A DNA stretch of 63,747 nucleotides, counting the filler, from Rhabdomonas costata (taxonomy: Eukaryota), in assembly GCA_019059605.1 (NCBI GenBank). It is 34 parts of 34 records of this genome, joined end to end, with 100 filler letters (N's around TTAATTAATTAA, not from the genome) between each part and the next. Parts side by side here need not be neighbours in the genome. Positions count along the whole stretch, not along the records: positions 48,829 to 50,606 come from JAHMHO010009206.1; positions 50,707 to 52,484 come from JAHMHO010009207.1; positions 52,585 to 54,362 come from JAHMHO010009208.1; positions 54,463 to 56,239 come from JAHMHO010009209.1; positions 56,340 to 58,116 come from JAHMHO010009210.1; positions 58,217 to 59,993 come from JAHMHO010009211.1; positions 60,094 to 61,870 come from JAHMHO010009212.1; 27 more parts are not named here. One strand, 5' to 3'. Numbering within the stretch: position 1 is the stretch's first letter; the number at the start of each line of letters is the position of its first letter. Made by a program: the position numbers and the translations under genes. The notes beneath the pieces were generated by a model that made no database searches, had not been told where the DNA came from, and saw only the letters and a list, made by a program, of their open reading frames with translations. Shown here one piece after another: positions 49,279 to 61,870 of this stretch.

Positions 49279-50745
49279 CTGAGTGGTGATTTGGTATTGC
49301 AATAGTTTGGTGTTGTGGGCGCACGTGTTATGGAAGAGGAGCCCTTTGACAGGCACGTTGCTCTGTTTGGTCTCCTTCCAGTCCTGAATTCTGTGCGATG
49401 GATGTCTGACGTTTAGGAGTGGCCCGCCCAGTGACCAATTACCCATCCTGCAGACCCGGTTGCGGGACGGTAGGTCTGTGTCTGCATTTGGGTGAGCTGG
49501 TGGCCAACCACCATGTTGGGTGTTGCGGAAGAAGTGGACCACTTCAGCGGGAGGGAGGAAGGCTCCGAGAAGGTGGGTCCAAGAGTTCCGGTCGGAAGGA
49601 TTCTGCTTGGGAGACCACCACGGATAACCATAAACGCTTGCGCTTTGTACGTCCCATGCGTTACGGGCTCCGCCCCGCACGAAACATCAATTCTTCCACT
49701 GCGCTCCCACAATGAGCCAAAGAGAAGATCCTATCTTTGGGGAAGGCACTCCACTTCTGTGAATGGGTAACGAAGAAGAACCTCAGCAAGCACCTGACGG
49801 AGCCATACAACGAGAGCTTCGAGTTGCTTTGCGAGCTCAGCCAGGTGTTCTGCAGCAACATGTGTATGTTCATCACAGCGGGGGACTTCACCGCAAAGAC
49901 CATTGAGTTCACGTATAGGGGTCACAAAGCGGTTGGGAACCAGAAAGGTCAACCCTGGATCTGCTGGCTATGCAGGATCGCTCCGCGCGATTTAAGTGGA
50001 CGGTCAACAAGGTGCAGTATCAGATGGAGCGGCTGCATCGTAAGCAGCGGATGCACTATGATGACAACCGCAACGTCGCCTTCGCCCGCGAGAGAAAGTA
50101 GAAGCACCGTTCAGCAACTAACGCTTTATCTGCAGAAAAATTTTCAAGGGCATCGAAAGTTTCAAGCATGATCTGATGGATCTGATGGATGACTCACAGC
50201 AAGAGTTTTCTTGTATCCCTCCAACGGTCCAGAACGAGGAAATCTACCAGCTGGACTGCCTCGCATTACACGCCTTCATGAAGAACACAGAGCTGATAAG
50301 CATGCACTGAAGGTTCATCACCCTAGCAACGGAAGGTCATTACTAATTCGAGTATGTTTTGGGTGTTGGGCAGGAAGGGAAACAGAAAGAAGTTCTTTGT
50401 GTTTTTTTCTTTCGACGGCAAGCAGTTCTTTCCGCTCCAAAAAAAGAGGTGAAAAAGCGCCCTTGGCGCTAAAATTACCATTATCTGTAAAACTTTCTGG
50501 AATGAAATTCTGGAAAAATTTCCAGAATCTGGAATGAAACCACGTGATATATCTTGGACAGAATCCACCAGCGCCGTTCCACAAACACACCAACCACACC
50601 CAACACNNNNNNNNNNNNNNNNNNNNNNNNNNNNNNNNNNNNNNNNNNNNTTAATTAATTAANNNNNNNNNNNNNNNNNNNNNNNNNNNNNNNNNNNNNN
50701 NNNNNNGTTTTGGTGGGAGGGGGGGAGGGGCGAGGGAAGCTATAC

Positions 50746-52134
50746 CTGCACAGTGTAGGGCACCGGGACCTGGCGCTGCACTGGAACGGTCCTCTCAACG
50801 ATCTGCTCCACGGGATAAGGGCACTGAAACAAAACCAAAAAAAAGACTGCAACTGAAGGGGTTTGAGAAAGTAAATACATTAATAGGAATTGAGACACTG
50901 TACCTGGTTGTGGATGATGCGCTCCACGGGGCAGGGGACGGTCTTTGTGATGATCTGCTCGCAGGGAACGGGAACCTGCACGATCTCGGGCACAGTTACC
51001 GGGCAGGTGCGCTGCACAGTCCTCTCAACGATCTGCTCCACGGGAACCTGAGGGTTGCGTAAGGAGAGAGTGTTTAAACGCTCGTTTAAAAAGCACCCCT
51101 CAAAAGGAGAGGGTGAATGGGTCGCAATACCGGCTGGTCCACGACCTTGGTGACCTCGTAGGGGCAAGGCACGCACACGCGCTTCACGCACTCCACGGGG
51201 ACGGGCACGCAGCGCCGCACGATCTGCTCGCAGGGCACGGGAACCTCCACCCTCTCGGGGACGCAGACCTCGTACGGGACGGGGACCTGTCTGCAAACCA
51301 CCTGAGAGAACAGCGAGAAAGGTTCTTGCCAGCAGTTTCTTTAATGCTGTCAGCAATTGAGTGCAATTCCTCTTCCCGCTGTGTGCCTTCCGAGTCAAAG
51401 GCGGGAGGCGGAAATGTTACGTGTAGCGGCTGCAAGTAGAAATACTGGCGCACCTTCTGCACGGGGTACGGCACTTGGCGGTGCACGATCTTCTCCACGG
51501 GGCAGGGAACAGTGCGATCCACCGTCCGGTCCACGGGGTAGGGCACCTGCACGTGCTGGGGGACCCTAACGGGGACGTCCACTGGGACGCACCGCTGGAC
51601 GCACCTCTCCACGCACACGGGGACCTTCTGCACGACCTCCTTGATCACGGGGTACGGCTGCGGGACGCACACCTCCTTGATCACGCACTTCGGCACGGGC
51701 ACGGGCACGGGCACCCGCCGTTGCACGGGGTACGGGCACTCCACGCACTTCTCCACAATCTTGATACCAAAGAGGAAGGAAATGAAACCGAGAAGCAAGA
51801 TACGTTCTGAATCGAACGCTGGGGATAAACGTTAAATTTCGCAGTTGGCAGAATTTTGAGTGCATGCAAAAACCTGCTCGCAGGGAACGGGGACCCGCCT
51901 CTCGCAGATCTGCTCCACGGTGTACGGGCAGGGCACGGGGCAGGTGCGCTCCACGGGGCACGGGACCGTGCGGGTCTGCACCACGGGGACGGTCCGGGGG
52001 ATGCACACCGGGCGAGAGACAACACGTTCCACGGGCACGGGCACGCAGCGAGGAATGACCCGCTCGCAGGGAACAACGAAGTTCCGCTGCACAGTTTCCA
52101 CGGAACGCCTCCTCTGCACTGGGACGTAATCGAC
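50746..52134 (-). CDS. Articulin (pellicle VPV-repeat protein), Cys-rich, internal fragment
   Basis: Five exons (52134-51874, 51759-51454, 51301-51131, 51047-50904, 50823-50746) encode ~12-residue VPVPxExIVxRx repeats. All introns are GT-AG and phase 0. Confidence 0.9.
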
Positions 52135-52587
52135 CTGCAAGCAAAAGAATGCAGAATGCCACACACCGGAAAAAAAAGACAGCTTCTTTTGAGGAACAGG
52201 TAAGACCGCCCCGCGGTAAATAGTGGGCTAAAAATTTAAGACGGTGTACGTGGGTTGAAAATTGACTATCATTCATTTTTGCTCGGGAAGGACCTACGGC
52301 GGCTTGAAACGCTGACTTTGTGGCAGACCGGGGACAGTTATTTTTCTTTTGTCGTGTATACTAAACTCTCAACTTGTGAAGTTCGCCCCCTCAGGAATGA
52401 AACCTGATGCACGATACTAGGTTCGTACCTCACTTCGTTTTGTTTCGGGAACAGCACCACACACCTCGCAGAAGTCTTGCCGGCNNNNNNNNNNNNNNNN
52501 NNNNNNNNNNNNNNNNNNNNNNNNNNNNTTAATTAATTAANNNNNNNNNNNNNNNNNNNNNNNNNNNNNNNNNNNNNNNNNNNNGTG

Positions 52588-52684
52588 GGTGTGTACTACT
52601 GAGTTTCTATTGGAGCAACTCTATCAAGCTCCTTGAGAAGAAATTTGATAGAGTTGCTCCAATAGAAACTCAGTAGTACACACC
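52588..52684. repeat. Perfect hairpin, 40-bp arms, 17-nt loop
   Basis: 52588-52627 is the exact reverse complement of 52645-52684; located at the contig start. Confidence 0.93.
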
Positions 52685-53457
52685 TTTATGGGAGAACACA
52701 GCTGACCGACCGCTGTCTGCCAGTGGTTTGACGGATGCGGTGCGCAGCAAAGACCAAAGACCGCGGTGCAGAAAGTTGAGGAACAAAGTCTGAAGGTTAC
52801 ATCCCCACCTCAAAAAAAGCAGCTTCATTCCCCCCGCATTCTCAGGACTCCCAGGCATCCAAGTTCAACGGAGCAGGAAAACAAGGCAATGTGCCACAAT
52901 GAATCATATTATATTGTAACGGCGAAAAGAAAGCCATTGCCATACTCAGGGTACACAGTGGGGCTGAACTTCTGCCGCCGGCTCAGCGGGCAGTGAAAGG
53001 GGTTAACTGATATAGGGACCGCAAAGTTGCACCCAAAGCGCTGCTGGAACCATCTTCGGCTTTCCTGCACAGACACCATATGACAAAACTCAAAATAAAA
53101 AGGGGCTTAAAGTGGAGCTTAACGTGGACAATAATCCTGTATCTCGTTACCTCCTTCCCCCGCCGGTCAATGTTGGCCCGAAGAAGTGCAGGGCTAGTGG
53201 CTCGATCAACGTGGTTGGGGTAACTTTTGGGTAGTAGGACTTTAACTTTCAAATGCGCATCAGCGCTGTCGGCAGAACTTCTGTTCGAGCGAGCCACTGT
53301 GGTGTTGACAACAACACTGCACGAATGCCCGCAAACGCACGCATGGAAACCCAACGCACCCCGAAAGCCTTGGACCCCCTGCAACCGGCCAAGGAAAAAG
53401 AAGGGTACGGACCAGCTGTCAACCAAGGGAAAACAGGAGCAAAAGCGAGCTCATTAC

Positions 53458-54291
53458 CTCTGCGCTGGCCTCGGAGTAGTCCGTGAAGAACGCAGGAATC
53501 CTCCCCTGCATGCCGTGCAAGATTAAATCCAGCGTTTGCTCCCACTCCGGATAGGCAACTGCAAATCCCACCCCTCAAACTCAAAATGCATCCACAGCTT
53601 TCATCATTGTGCACGGCACCTAGTCCAGGATTTTCAGCGAGTACCACTAGCGCAAAGGGATCTGGTCGTTACAATTTCAATCTTCGGTCCATGGGTCCGA
53701 GCACGGGGAGGGGGGGTACTCGGTATCTTGGCTCGCCACCCAAGAACCACGCAAGAACAGATAGGTTGCTTTTGGTGCGCAAGAACACAAAACCTCTCCA
53801 CTTCCTCCAATATAACGTCCCCGTTTCAAGCCCACAACCCGGCAAAGCGTGGCCCCTACCAGATAATTTCGCCTTTGGAATTGGGTTGTGACCGAGAAGG
53901 GTTGTATTTATCACACATTCATCTGTTTTGTCTCACGAATGGCAATGGCACACTCAGATTGAACCCATCTGGATCTTCAAACTCCAGATGAGAAGCCGTA
54001 AAAGCATATGAGCACACCAATGCCAGCGTTTAGGCCGACAATGAAGTCCGGGGACTTCCACCCGGCGCTTCCACTGTTACAGTACTCGTGGTAACAGTGG
54101 TACGTCCCCTAGAAGGCCACCGCAGACAAGGCGCAGCTGAGCTGGCGGAGATGAAAGCAGGGGCTAATCTCAGGCCCGATGAGGACAACCTCCAACCGCA
54201 CCCCGGGCAGACAGTGGGCCAGCTCCTGGAATGCATGGCAGAGGTCAACCTCCATTGCCGCGCCGACCAGGTGCACCCGTAGACTACACTC
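53458..54291 (-). CDS. MSS51/ZMYND15 C-terminal-like domain, with an in-frame TAG at 54111-54109
   Basis: Exon 54291-54018 encodes LRVHLVGAAMEV..ELAHCLP..VVLIGPEI..F*GTYH..PDFIVGLNAGI. Exon 53558-53458 encodes AYPEWEQTL..PAFFTDYSE. Confidence 0.75.
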
Positions 54292-57200
54292 CTGAGACCC
54301 CAGTGAAAAAGCAATTGAGATGGCTACACCCTCGAGGGCGCGCAGCGCAGGGCCCAAACAAANNNNNNNNNNNNNNNNNNNNNNNNNNNNNNNNNNNNNN
54401 NNNNNNTTAATTAATTAANNNNNNNNNNNNNNNNNNNNNNNNNNNNNNNNNNNNNNNNNNNNTTGTTTGGGTAACAACCTGTTTGTAACCACAGGCGCCC
54501 GGGTGCCGGGGTGGGGGGGGATGAGTAGAGTGGGTAGCACAGGAAGCTGAAGCAAAATCATCTTTGGAGCCCCGTATGGGGCACATGGACGGCACAGGAC
54601 CCCGCGACCTTTTCAGGAGCTCTTCTACTTTCACAATGGCAAGCGGCCGACAAGATGGATGGCCGGGTGCTGGGAGGAAGGATGCATACGGTTTAAGCAT
54701 AGCAGCTGAAAGGAGCAGTCGACCTTGTCCAGAGCCTTGACAAAACAGCACTGCTTTCTCTTTTCTGCAGGGCGAAAAAACGGGAAAACGGAATCCCCCC
54801 AACTCCTCAACGCTTGTCTCCCCCACAAAACGTCGCCCTCTCAGCCAAAGCGAAGTTTAGGGGTCCGATGCGTTTCTTTTTTTTTGGGGTGGGGGGGTAA
54901 ACCGGTTTAACGACGTTAAACAAACGATGAGGTTCAAAACTACGCCGGTAGGCTCGGCCACCAGAAAACCTTCATGAGTCACTTTTGGTGCATGACTACG
55001 AAACTTCCCCACTCTTCGCCACTTAAATGACTTTGTTCCTTTGGTGGCCATCTTCAGGAAACCATCGCCGTTCCCGGGCAAAGTCACCATAGCCCTCTAA
55101 CACACCAGAAATACCGAAGAAAGGACCCCCAATACAAACGTCCAGTATGCCAGCAGGTGCCAAGTTGGGGATATAAGTTGGTTGTGTCTCGAACAGTCGC
55201 GCGAGTTCAATGTCTACACCACACATAAACACACAGAGTTGGGTGTAAAGGAGCAACAGCGCTTCACCCTAAACTTCATTTCATTGCACCCAAATTAACC
55301 GATGACAAAAAGAAGGTGGAAAGTTCGTGGAACAACGCACACAGGATGGTGAAAGGCTAATTTCGGATTTCGGGAGGGAATACCTGGAGAGCCTTCCACA
55401 AAGCTATCGGTGATCATCGAAGACGAGACTTATTTTACAGCAAACACCAACATGGCACAAAAAAGCAAACGACCAAGAACGGTTGTGAAAGTCCGCTTGG
55501 AACATATAAATTCACATGCAGCACAGAAGCAGGACAAATTGCCTCTGGCAACCCAAGCAATTTCAGATGGTGACATTTATTTCAAGCAAACCGCCAGCAA
55601 AGGCACCACTCCACTGTCCAATATTGGCAAACATGGCTTCATTCTGCGAGAAAAACATCTAGATTGCATTTTGTCTTTAATACTTAAATGTCGTTTTTTT
55701 AGGTTTGTCGGTATGAGCTAAGCTTTTCGGCAGGCCTTGACAGACGTTGACCATGACATGATTGGAAAGGATTTTTCCGCATCTCGGGCGCTGTGCAGCG
55801 CTGTGCATGGAAGCGCTGTGCAGCAAAAGCCTCAGTGAGGCTTGCCACGGTCGGAAAAACAAACGAGACAGCAGGCAGCAGTGTTCTTGGCCTGCAACGA
55901 TGTTTGGGGGAAGTCAATCCTCTATTCTGCGAAAGCGGAGCTTCCAACAAAGTGCCAAACGAGCACCAAACCGAGATTCCCACCCGCTGGGAATGGTGAG
56001 ACTGCGCCAAAGCGGAGCGGAGATTTCTTCAGTAGTCAACACCATCTCATTGCAGATCAAAATTCGGATTAGAAAGAAGAACCACAGAAACCCCAGTGGC
56101 TCCTCCACCCCGCAGTATCTGTAACAACTGGGCCAAGGGCAGTGCCACCTCTAACACAAATACTACCACATGAGCGAGTCAAGACACACATCGATAGATA
56201 GCAGATCGATAGTCGATAGCAGCGCAAGGACCCAAACAANNNNNNNNNNNNNNNNNNNNNNNNNNNNNNNNNNNNNNNNNNNNTTAATTAATTAANNNNN
56301 NNNNNNNNNNNNNNNNNNNNNNNNNNNNNNNNNNNNNNNGTGGGGGGTTGTACCGCCTAAAGACCGAGGTTGCTGTTTCTCCGGGCGCGGCCACGGACCC
56401 TGGCCCTGGATCCGCTGTGGCAGCAAGGGCGGAGCTGCTGAAGACCTTCGATGAGTGGGTGAGGGCCGCCCGCATCGGGGCCGTCCCGACCGTACCCCCG
56501 AAGAGCTCTGCTCTTGTGCTGACCGACGTGGAGCCCACCGATGGGGATGCCACCTCTCCAGGGACCAAAGCTGTGGTGGAGGAGGTCACTTTCTCGACCT
56601 ACCCGGAGGTGCGGGCGATGCAGATGGCCATTGGGAAGCACCCCACTGGGCTTGAGATTTGCTGGGGCCTGTGAGGTTACTCCCCGATAAGCTCTTTGTC
56701 CAGCCGGGTCCCATGTTTAGCCGCCTGCATTCTGATATGCACGCTTGACAGGCTCCACATCTTCCTGCAGTGTCCACCTCGTTCCCTTCCGCTCCCCTCG
56801 ATTTTTTGTGTGCTTCTTCGTTTCTCTTTTTTTACAACTCTTTGGGGTGCCGCGATGGTTCATCTACGACCCGTGCGCGCGGCTTGCGCAAGCGCTTTCC
56901 GGTGGGATTCCTTTTTTTTTGCGCTGCAGTAAGACGCATGGATGTGTGGATGTGACGATGGCTCAGTCGCTGCCTCCCCTCCTCCCCCCCTCGCCGCACA
57001 AACGTTGGCGCTGAGGCTGGGGTGAGGGGCACGCAGTATGGGTGAGGGATATTCCTCCACCATTCCTCTATCTGTGGCATCGGAGGAGTTTTTCAAGGTG
57101 AGCTCAGGATGCCCTTTCCCATTTTGCTGTCACCATTTTCTCCTCCCTGTTGTCCTCTTGTTTCTCTCTCTCAAAGTCATCGCCAGTAAAAGGAAAGGTG

Positions 57201-59462
57201 GTGTGTCGTGGGCAATACTGGAGACGGGAAGGGGATGGGATGCTGAGGGAGACTTGAGCTTTTGTCTGTGCAGTGTATGTTGTTCGCCACCAGTTGATGG
57301 GGGTTTGCTCTCCAGCAATGTGTGGATGAACACTCGAGACGAGTTTCGAGAGTACTCCAAGTCGCACTGGTGCACTGGTGATGCCATGATGGCATCACCA
57401 GTGGCGATCTTGTGTCCTTGCTCTTCCTTTGTTTTGGGTGAGATGATTCCTCCTTCCCTCCAGCCTTCGGTAGGCTGCGCTTAGGGCTCAAAGGGCTCGT
57501 GTAGCGGAGAGAGCCTTCTTTATTTTTTTCCGTGTTTTTTCTCTTCTGTCCGTTTCCCCGCCCGTCGGCAGTAACCGTCGATGGGGATTGTTTTTTTTAC
57601 TGAATATCACCCCCCCCCTCCCCCTATTTGCAGCAGCTGATGAACAACGAAAAACTGTTTGCGCTGATGCAAATGCATTGCACATCTGCTGTCGAGGCAC
57701 CTGCACCTTTCGAGGAACCCATGAGAAGGTGATGGTGGTTCCTGTCACAACGCCACCTGATTTTCAATTATCACTCGCGGCCGTCCGATGAGGGTCACTT
57801 CGGCGGTGTTGATTGTACAGGGTGAGTGTGTGGTTTTACCTGCATGCAAAAATACCTCTGGCTAAGCACGTGCACCTGAACGTTCAGAAAATATTGCTAT
57901 CGCATTGCAGAGGCGAAAATAGCTAAACAGTGAACCCCAGGTCGCGGTGAATCCGTATGTTTGCCAGTTTGTGCCACGTGCCTCCGTCCAATTTACGTCT
58001 TTGTGTCGTAAAGCCGGCGTCTCTCTCCTTTTATGACGTACCCTTTTCATTATGGCGTAGCCCTTTCTTTTGCAGTGTAGCGAGGTGTGCAATTTTTGAA
58101 GTGCCCCCCACCACAANNNNNNNNNNNNNNNNNNNNNNNNNNNNNNNNNNNNNNNNNNNNTTAATTAATTAANNNNNNNNNNNNNNNNNNNNNNNNNNNN
58201 NNNNNNNNNNNNNNNNTGTTGTGGTGGGATGAAGCTGGGATGTGTAGCTTTCCTTGGGGATCTCTGGCTTCTTTTAGGGAAGGGAAGCAGTACTGGTACC
58301 CGGTGTGGACGGGCGCGCCTGCCCCGACTCCAGCGGCTGTGGCGGGTATGCCTCTCTTTGTCAGCAAGTCAAGCAGTTCCGCACTGAGCGGCTGTAAACG
58401 GGAGATGGGTGCCTAATACTAATATTTTGCCCTGCAGAATTCTGATTGTTGATCACTGCCAGTTGCCCATGTTTTTTCTTTGCCCACGCGTGCCGACTTT
58501 CAGGGTTCGAAATATTTATCTCTGTTCTTCAGGATTGCTAAAATGGCAGATGGCAGAGAAAAGGGTTAAGGGTTAAAATGGGTTAAGTTCAAAAACTTTC
58601 TCATGTGCTTGTTGCTGTATTGTCATTCGTGAAGGGTCAATCTGTCAATCTGTCAATCTGTTTCCACAACCGCAGCGTCGCCACAGCCATCGGCTTCGGC
58701 ACCAGCAAGCTCGGCTGAGTCAGCATCAGGTGTAAATGGCCCCCTCCCTCCCCTCCCTCATTCTACGGTATTTCACGAAGCTATTTTATGCTGGTTCAGA
58801 AAGGCGTGGCTCCTTGGATGGTACTGCCGGGTTTCTGGGGTATCTTTTTCTGATGCGGGTTGTTTATACATTGCAGAGATGAGCTTCACCGCTTGAGTTA
58901 TGCTCCTTTTCCTCAGCGATACCGCCCGCTCCAGCGCGATCTCCAGAGTCCAGCCCGACCCAAGGGGAGAAGAAAGAGTCAGGTGAGTGAAAGAGATGAG
59001 CTGAGTTTGAAAATCTGTGGTCTGGCATCCAACTTTTGCTGATTTATGTTAAGCTATCGAAGGATTTCGAAGGATACACCACAAATACGGGCCCATCACA
59101 AGACACATCAGTTCGCCGCAATCGGAACCGAATCGCCGAAATAGAAAAGTCGAACTGGAATACTAATACAGCAAAGGAACATCGGCTGTCGTCACTTTAT
59201 TGCAATTCACTGTTTTTCACATGCGGCATCATTTCCATATGCTGATGTTTTTTTTACTCTGGGGTTTCAATGACAGTGGCCGACCCGGGTATATAAGTAA
59301 CAGGGAAATTCCAATGGGAGGTTAGAGTGCACCTGTTCACAGGTGTTTCCGGTGAAAACTATTTGTAAGGGAACAGGTAAAAACAGGCGAAGGGGCTGCT
59401 TAGCGCTACCGCGTCATTTTCTGTTGGCTTGGCAAGGTGTTGGTGGGTGGGTGGATTTTCAG

Positions 59463-59701
59463 GACACCGCACCTTTGGGATGCGGATGCAGCTGGAGGAG
59501 GACCCTCAATCCGGGGCGCAGCTCTTCAGCGTGTGCTCGGTGACCCCCGGTGGGCCCGCGGAGCGAGGCGGGGTGCAGGTCGGGGATGTGGTGCGCTCGA
59601 TCGACGGCACCCCCCTGGACTGCCTGGAGAACCTCAACCTGATCTACAGCGCGCCCCCCTTGGGCGCCGTCCTGGCGCTTGTCGTGGAGCGCAACGGAGA
59701 G
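59463..59701 (+). CDS. PDZ domain exon
   Basis: FGMRM..VCSVTPGGPAERGGVQVGDVVRSIDG..LVVERNG; bounded by AG and GT. Confidence 0.85.
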
Positions 59702-60093
59702 GTGCCCTTGTGCATTGCATCCGTGTCTGTCTGTTTGTTTTACGTGCCTTTGCTTGCAACGTCATAGAAACCTGCACCTCCGCCCACGCCCAGAAAAAGG
59801 GGTGCACAGGAACCCCAAAGCAGCGACTGTCGAGGCGGGAACTCACCAGTAGTAACGGCCAGATGGGAGGGGTGCAAGATGCCGTATAGGAGCTGAAATA
59901 GAAATTACCGTTGCTTCGAAGTGATCATGGGCGGGTAGCTCTCCAAGGGTGTGGAGGGTTGTGTGTGCAGGAAGCACTGCACACACACCACAANNNNNNN
60001 NNNNNNNNNNNNNNNNNNNNNNNNNNNNNNNNNNNNNTTAATTAATTAANNNNNNNNNNNNNNNNNNNNNNNNNNNNNNNNNNNNNNNNNNNN

Positions 60094-61870
60094 CTGCGAC
60101 ATTGTTTCCACCATCGGATCCCAGGCCTCGGGTTCAGGGCCTTCATGCACCACCCGGTCCGCAACAAACCGCCAGTGCAACTCCTCATCTTCGTCCATCT
60201 CGACCGCACCAGAGATCATGTCCAAGCGGGGTGGAGAGCGTCTCTGACTCTGGGCGGCCACGTATGTCACCGATGGCTCGCCAGAACTGCCCACAGGGCG
60301 CGATGAGCTGTTGGCGCTTACTTGCACTGATCGGACTTCTTGCTCCTCAGAGACGCTTATGTGTTCCTCAGGAGAGGAGACATAGATCTCTAGCTGGGCC
60401 ACCTGAGTCCGCCGGCACAGCGTCTCAGAGACCTCTACCTGAGAAGGCCATTGAGGCTGAGGGCTGGGCACGTAAGGAACAAGCGGGGCCTCGATGAGAT
60501 CGATGGCCATGTGGGCTCTGTCGGGCCTCCGCTCTTCCTCGCGTGCGCGCTTCCCGCAAAGGAGGGACGTTCAGTGGCACGTTCCACCACCATAACGGGA
60601 GCTTCCTGGTCAGCTTCCGTTTCCGAATCCACCTGCATGGTTGGTTCTCTATATCTCTGGGGTTCGGGCTGGTGTGGTTGGGCTGAAAGGACCGCGGTCG
60701 CGGCGGCGCGCTGGTGCCTGCTGCTTCTGCTTCTGCTGTATGTATGGGCTCCAGTGTCGCTCGGTGTGGGTGTTGTATGGAAGTGCGTGGAGCGCGGGAC
60801 CACAAAGACATTGAGAAACGGGCTTTTGCCAGCGGCCTGCAATGATGGCGCTGGCTTTGTCGGCTCGGGACCTGGTTTGCCGTCCGTCATGAGAAGGAAC
60901 GCCCAGACTTTGGGTAACCATACACGAAGCTAGTCTAACCATTACCCTTCACGCGGATGTCTACGGGCTAGATGCTAGATGGCATTCCTGAAGACCTTGT
61001 CCTATACACATGAATGAAATGCACCAGACGGACCATAATGACTCCTCCAAGTTGTTCTCTTGGGGCTATTGTGGCGTGGTATGGGTAGCGCACGATATGG
61101 TGTGGAGGACCTTGGTGCCGTCATCCCAAACCTTCTCACAGACGCAAACACCGAGATACACCACAGAGATCCCCTCTCTGTGGTCTTGTATTCCATGCCG
61201 TAGGCGTCTTGCGAGGGGAGTGGCACGCCTGCCGAGTAAATATCATTGATGTAGCGGCAAACCGCAAGTGACATTCAGAGCCCGAGACGGTATGCCTGAG
61301 CCTTCTCGACAGGGTAGCATGCCAGGTTGGCAATCTGCGTGGCAGCGGGAATTCCCATTGGAATCCCCTTGATTTGTCGCAGAATGGGGCCGCCGCAGTT
61401 GAGGTAGTTGTGATCGATCAGGTAGGTCAGGAGTTCTGCGACTTGTGTACAGGTGTAGCCATTTCCCATCTTGGACCACCCATTTGGAACGAGATTCAAT
61501 TCACAATTCAAGGGGAGCGCCGTTTTCCGTCATCCCAGAGTCCCGCTGGGTGACGAATCCCAATCCTCAATTACAGATTCAATGGTCCGGTCGATTATAG
61601 GCCGTAACGGGAAGGAGGTGTACATGGTGCAAAAATCCACCGTTTCTTGCCCGATATCGAGCACAACGTCTGCGTTGGCTCGGACCATTCTGGTGAAGAC
61701 ATTCGTGCTGTTGATGCCCAAAAACACTTTGATTATCTCCTCCTACAGAACGGTTCGCTCTACAGAAGTGCCTCATCAATGTACTATAGGATCCGCACGA
61801 GGGCCTTGTGAATGTGTTGTCTAGGAGAGCCAGACATTGACCTTGTGCCGGTGATGAACCGGAAACACAC
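60094..61870 (-). mobile_element. Decayed Penelope-like retroelement: reverse transcriptase plus C-terminal extension
   Basis: Motifs occur in order across stops and frameshifts: FRFIT, DFCTMYTSFP, LIDHNY..RQIKGIPMG..IANL, RYINDI, VVYLGV, HIVRYP..AP..GGVI..RL. About 0.85 kb of broken low-complexity coding sequence follows. Confidence 0.85.

Noticed and set aside
53621-53670. PDPFALVVLAENPGL as an extra MSS51-like exon
   Set aside because: The true PD..NAG motif is already in exon 54291-54018, which splices in phase to 53558.
61275-61532. Two in-frame TGA codons in the Penelope-like RT as possible selenocysteine recoding
   Set aside because: The same copy has TAG stops, frameshifts and a YIND catalytic mutation, so simple decay explains the TGAs.
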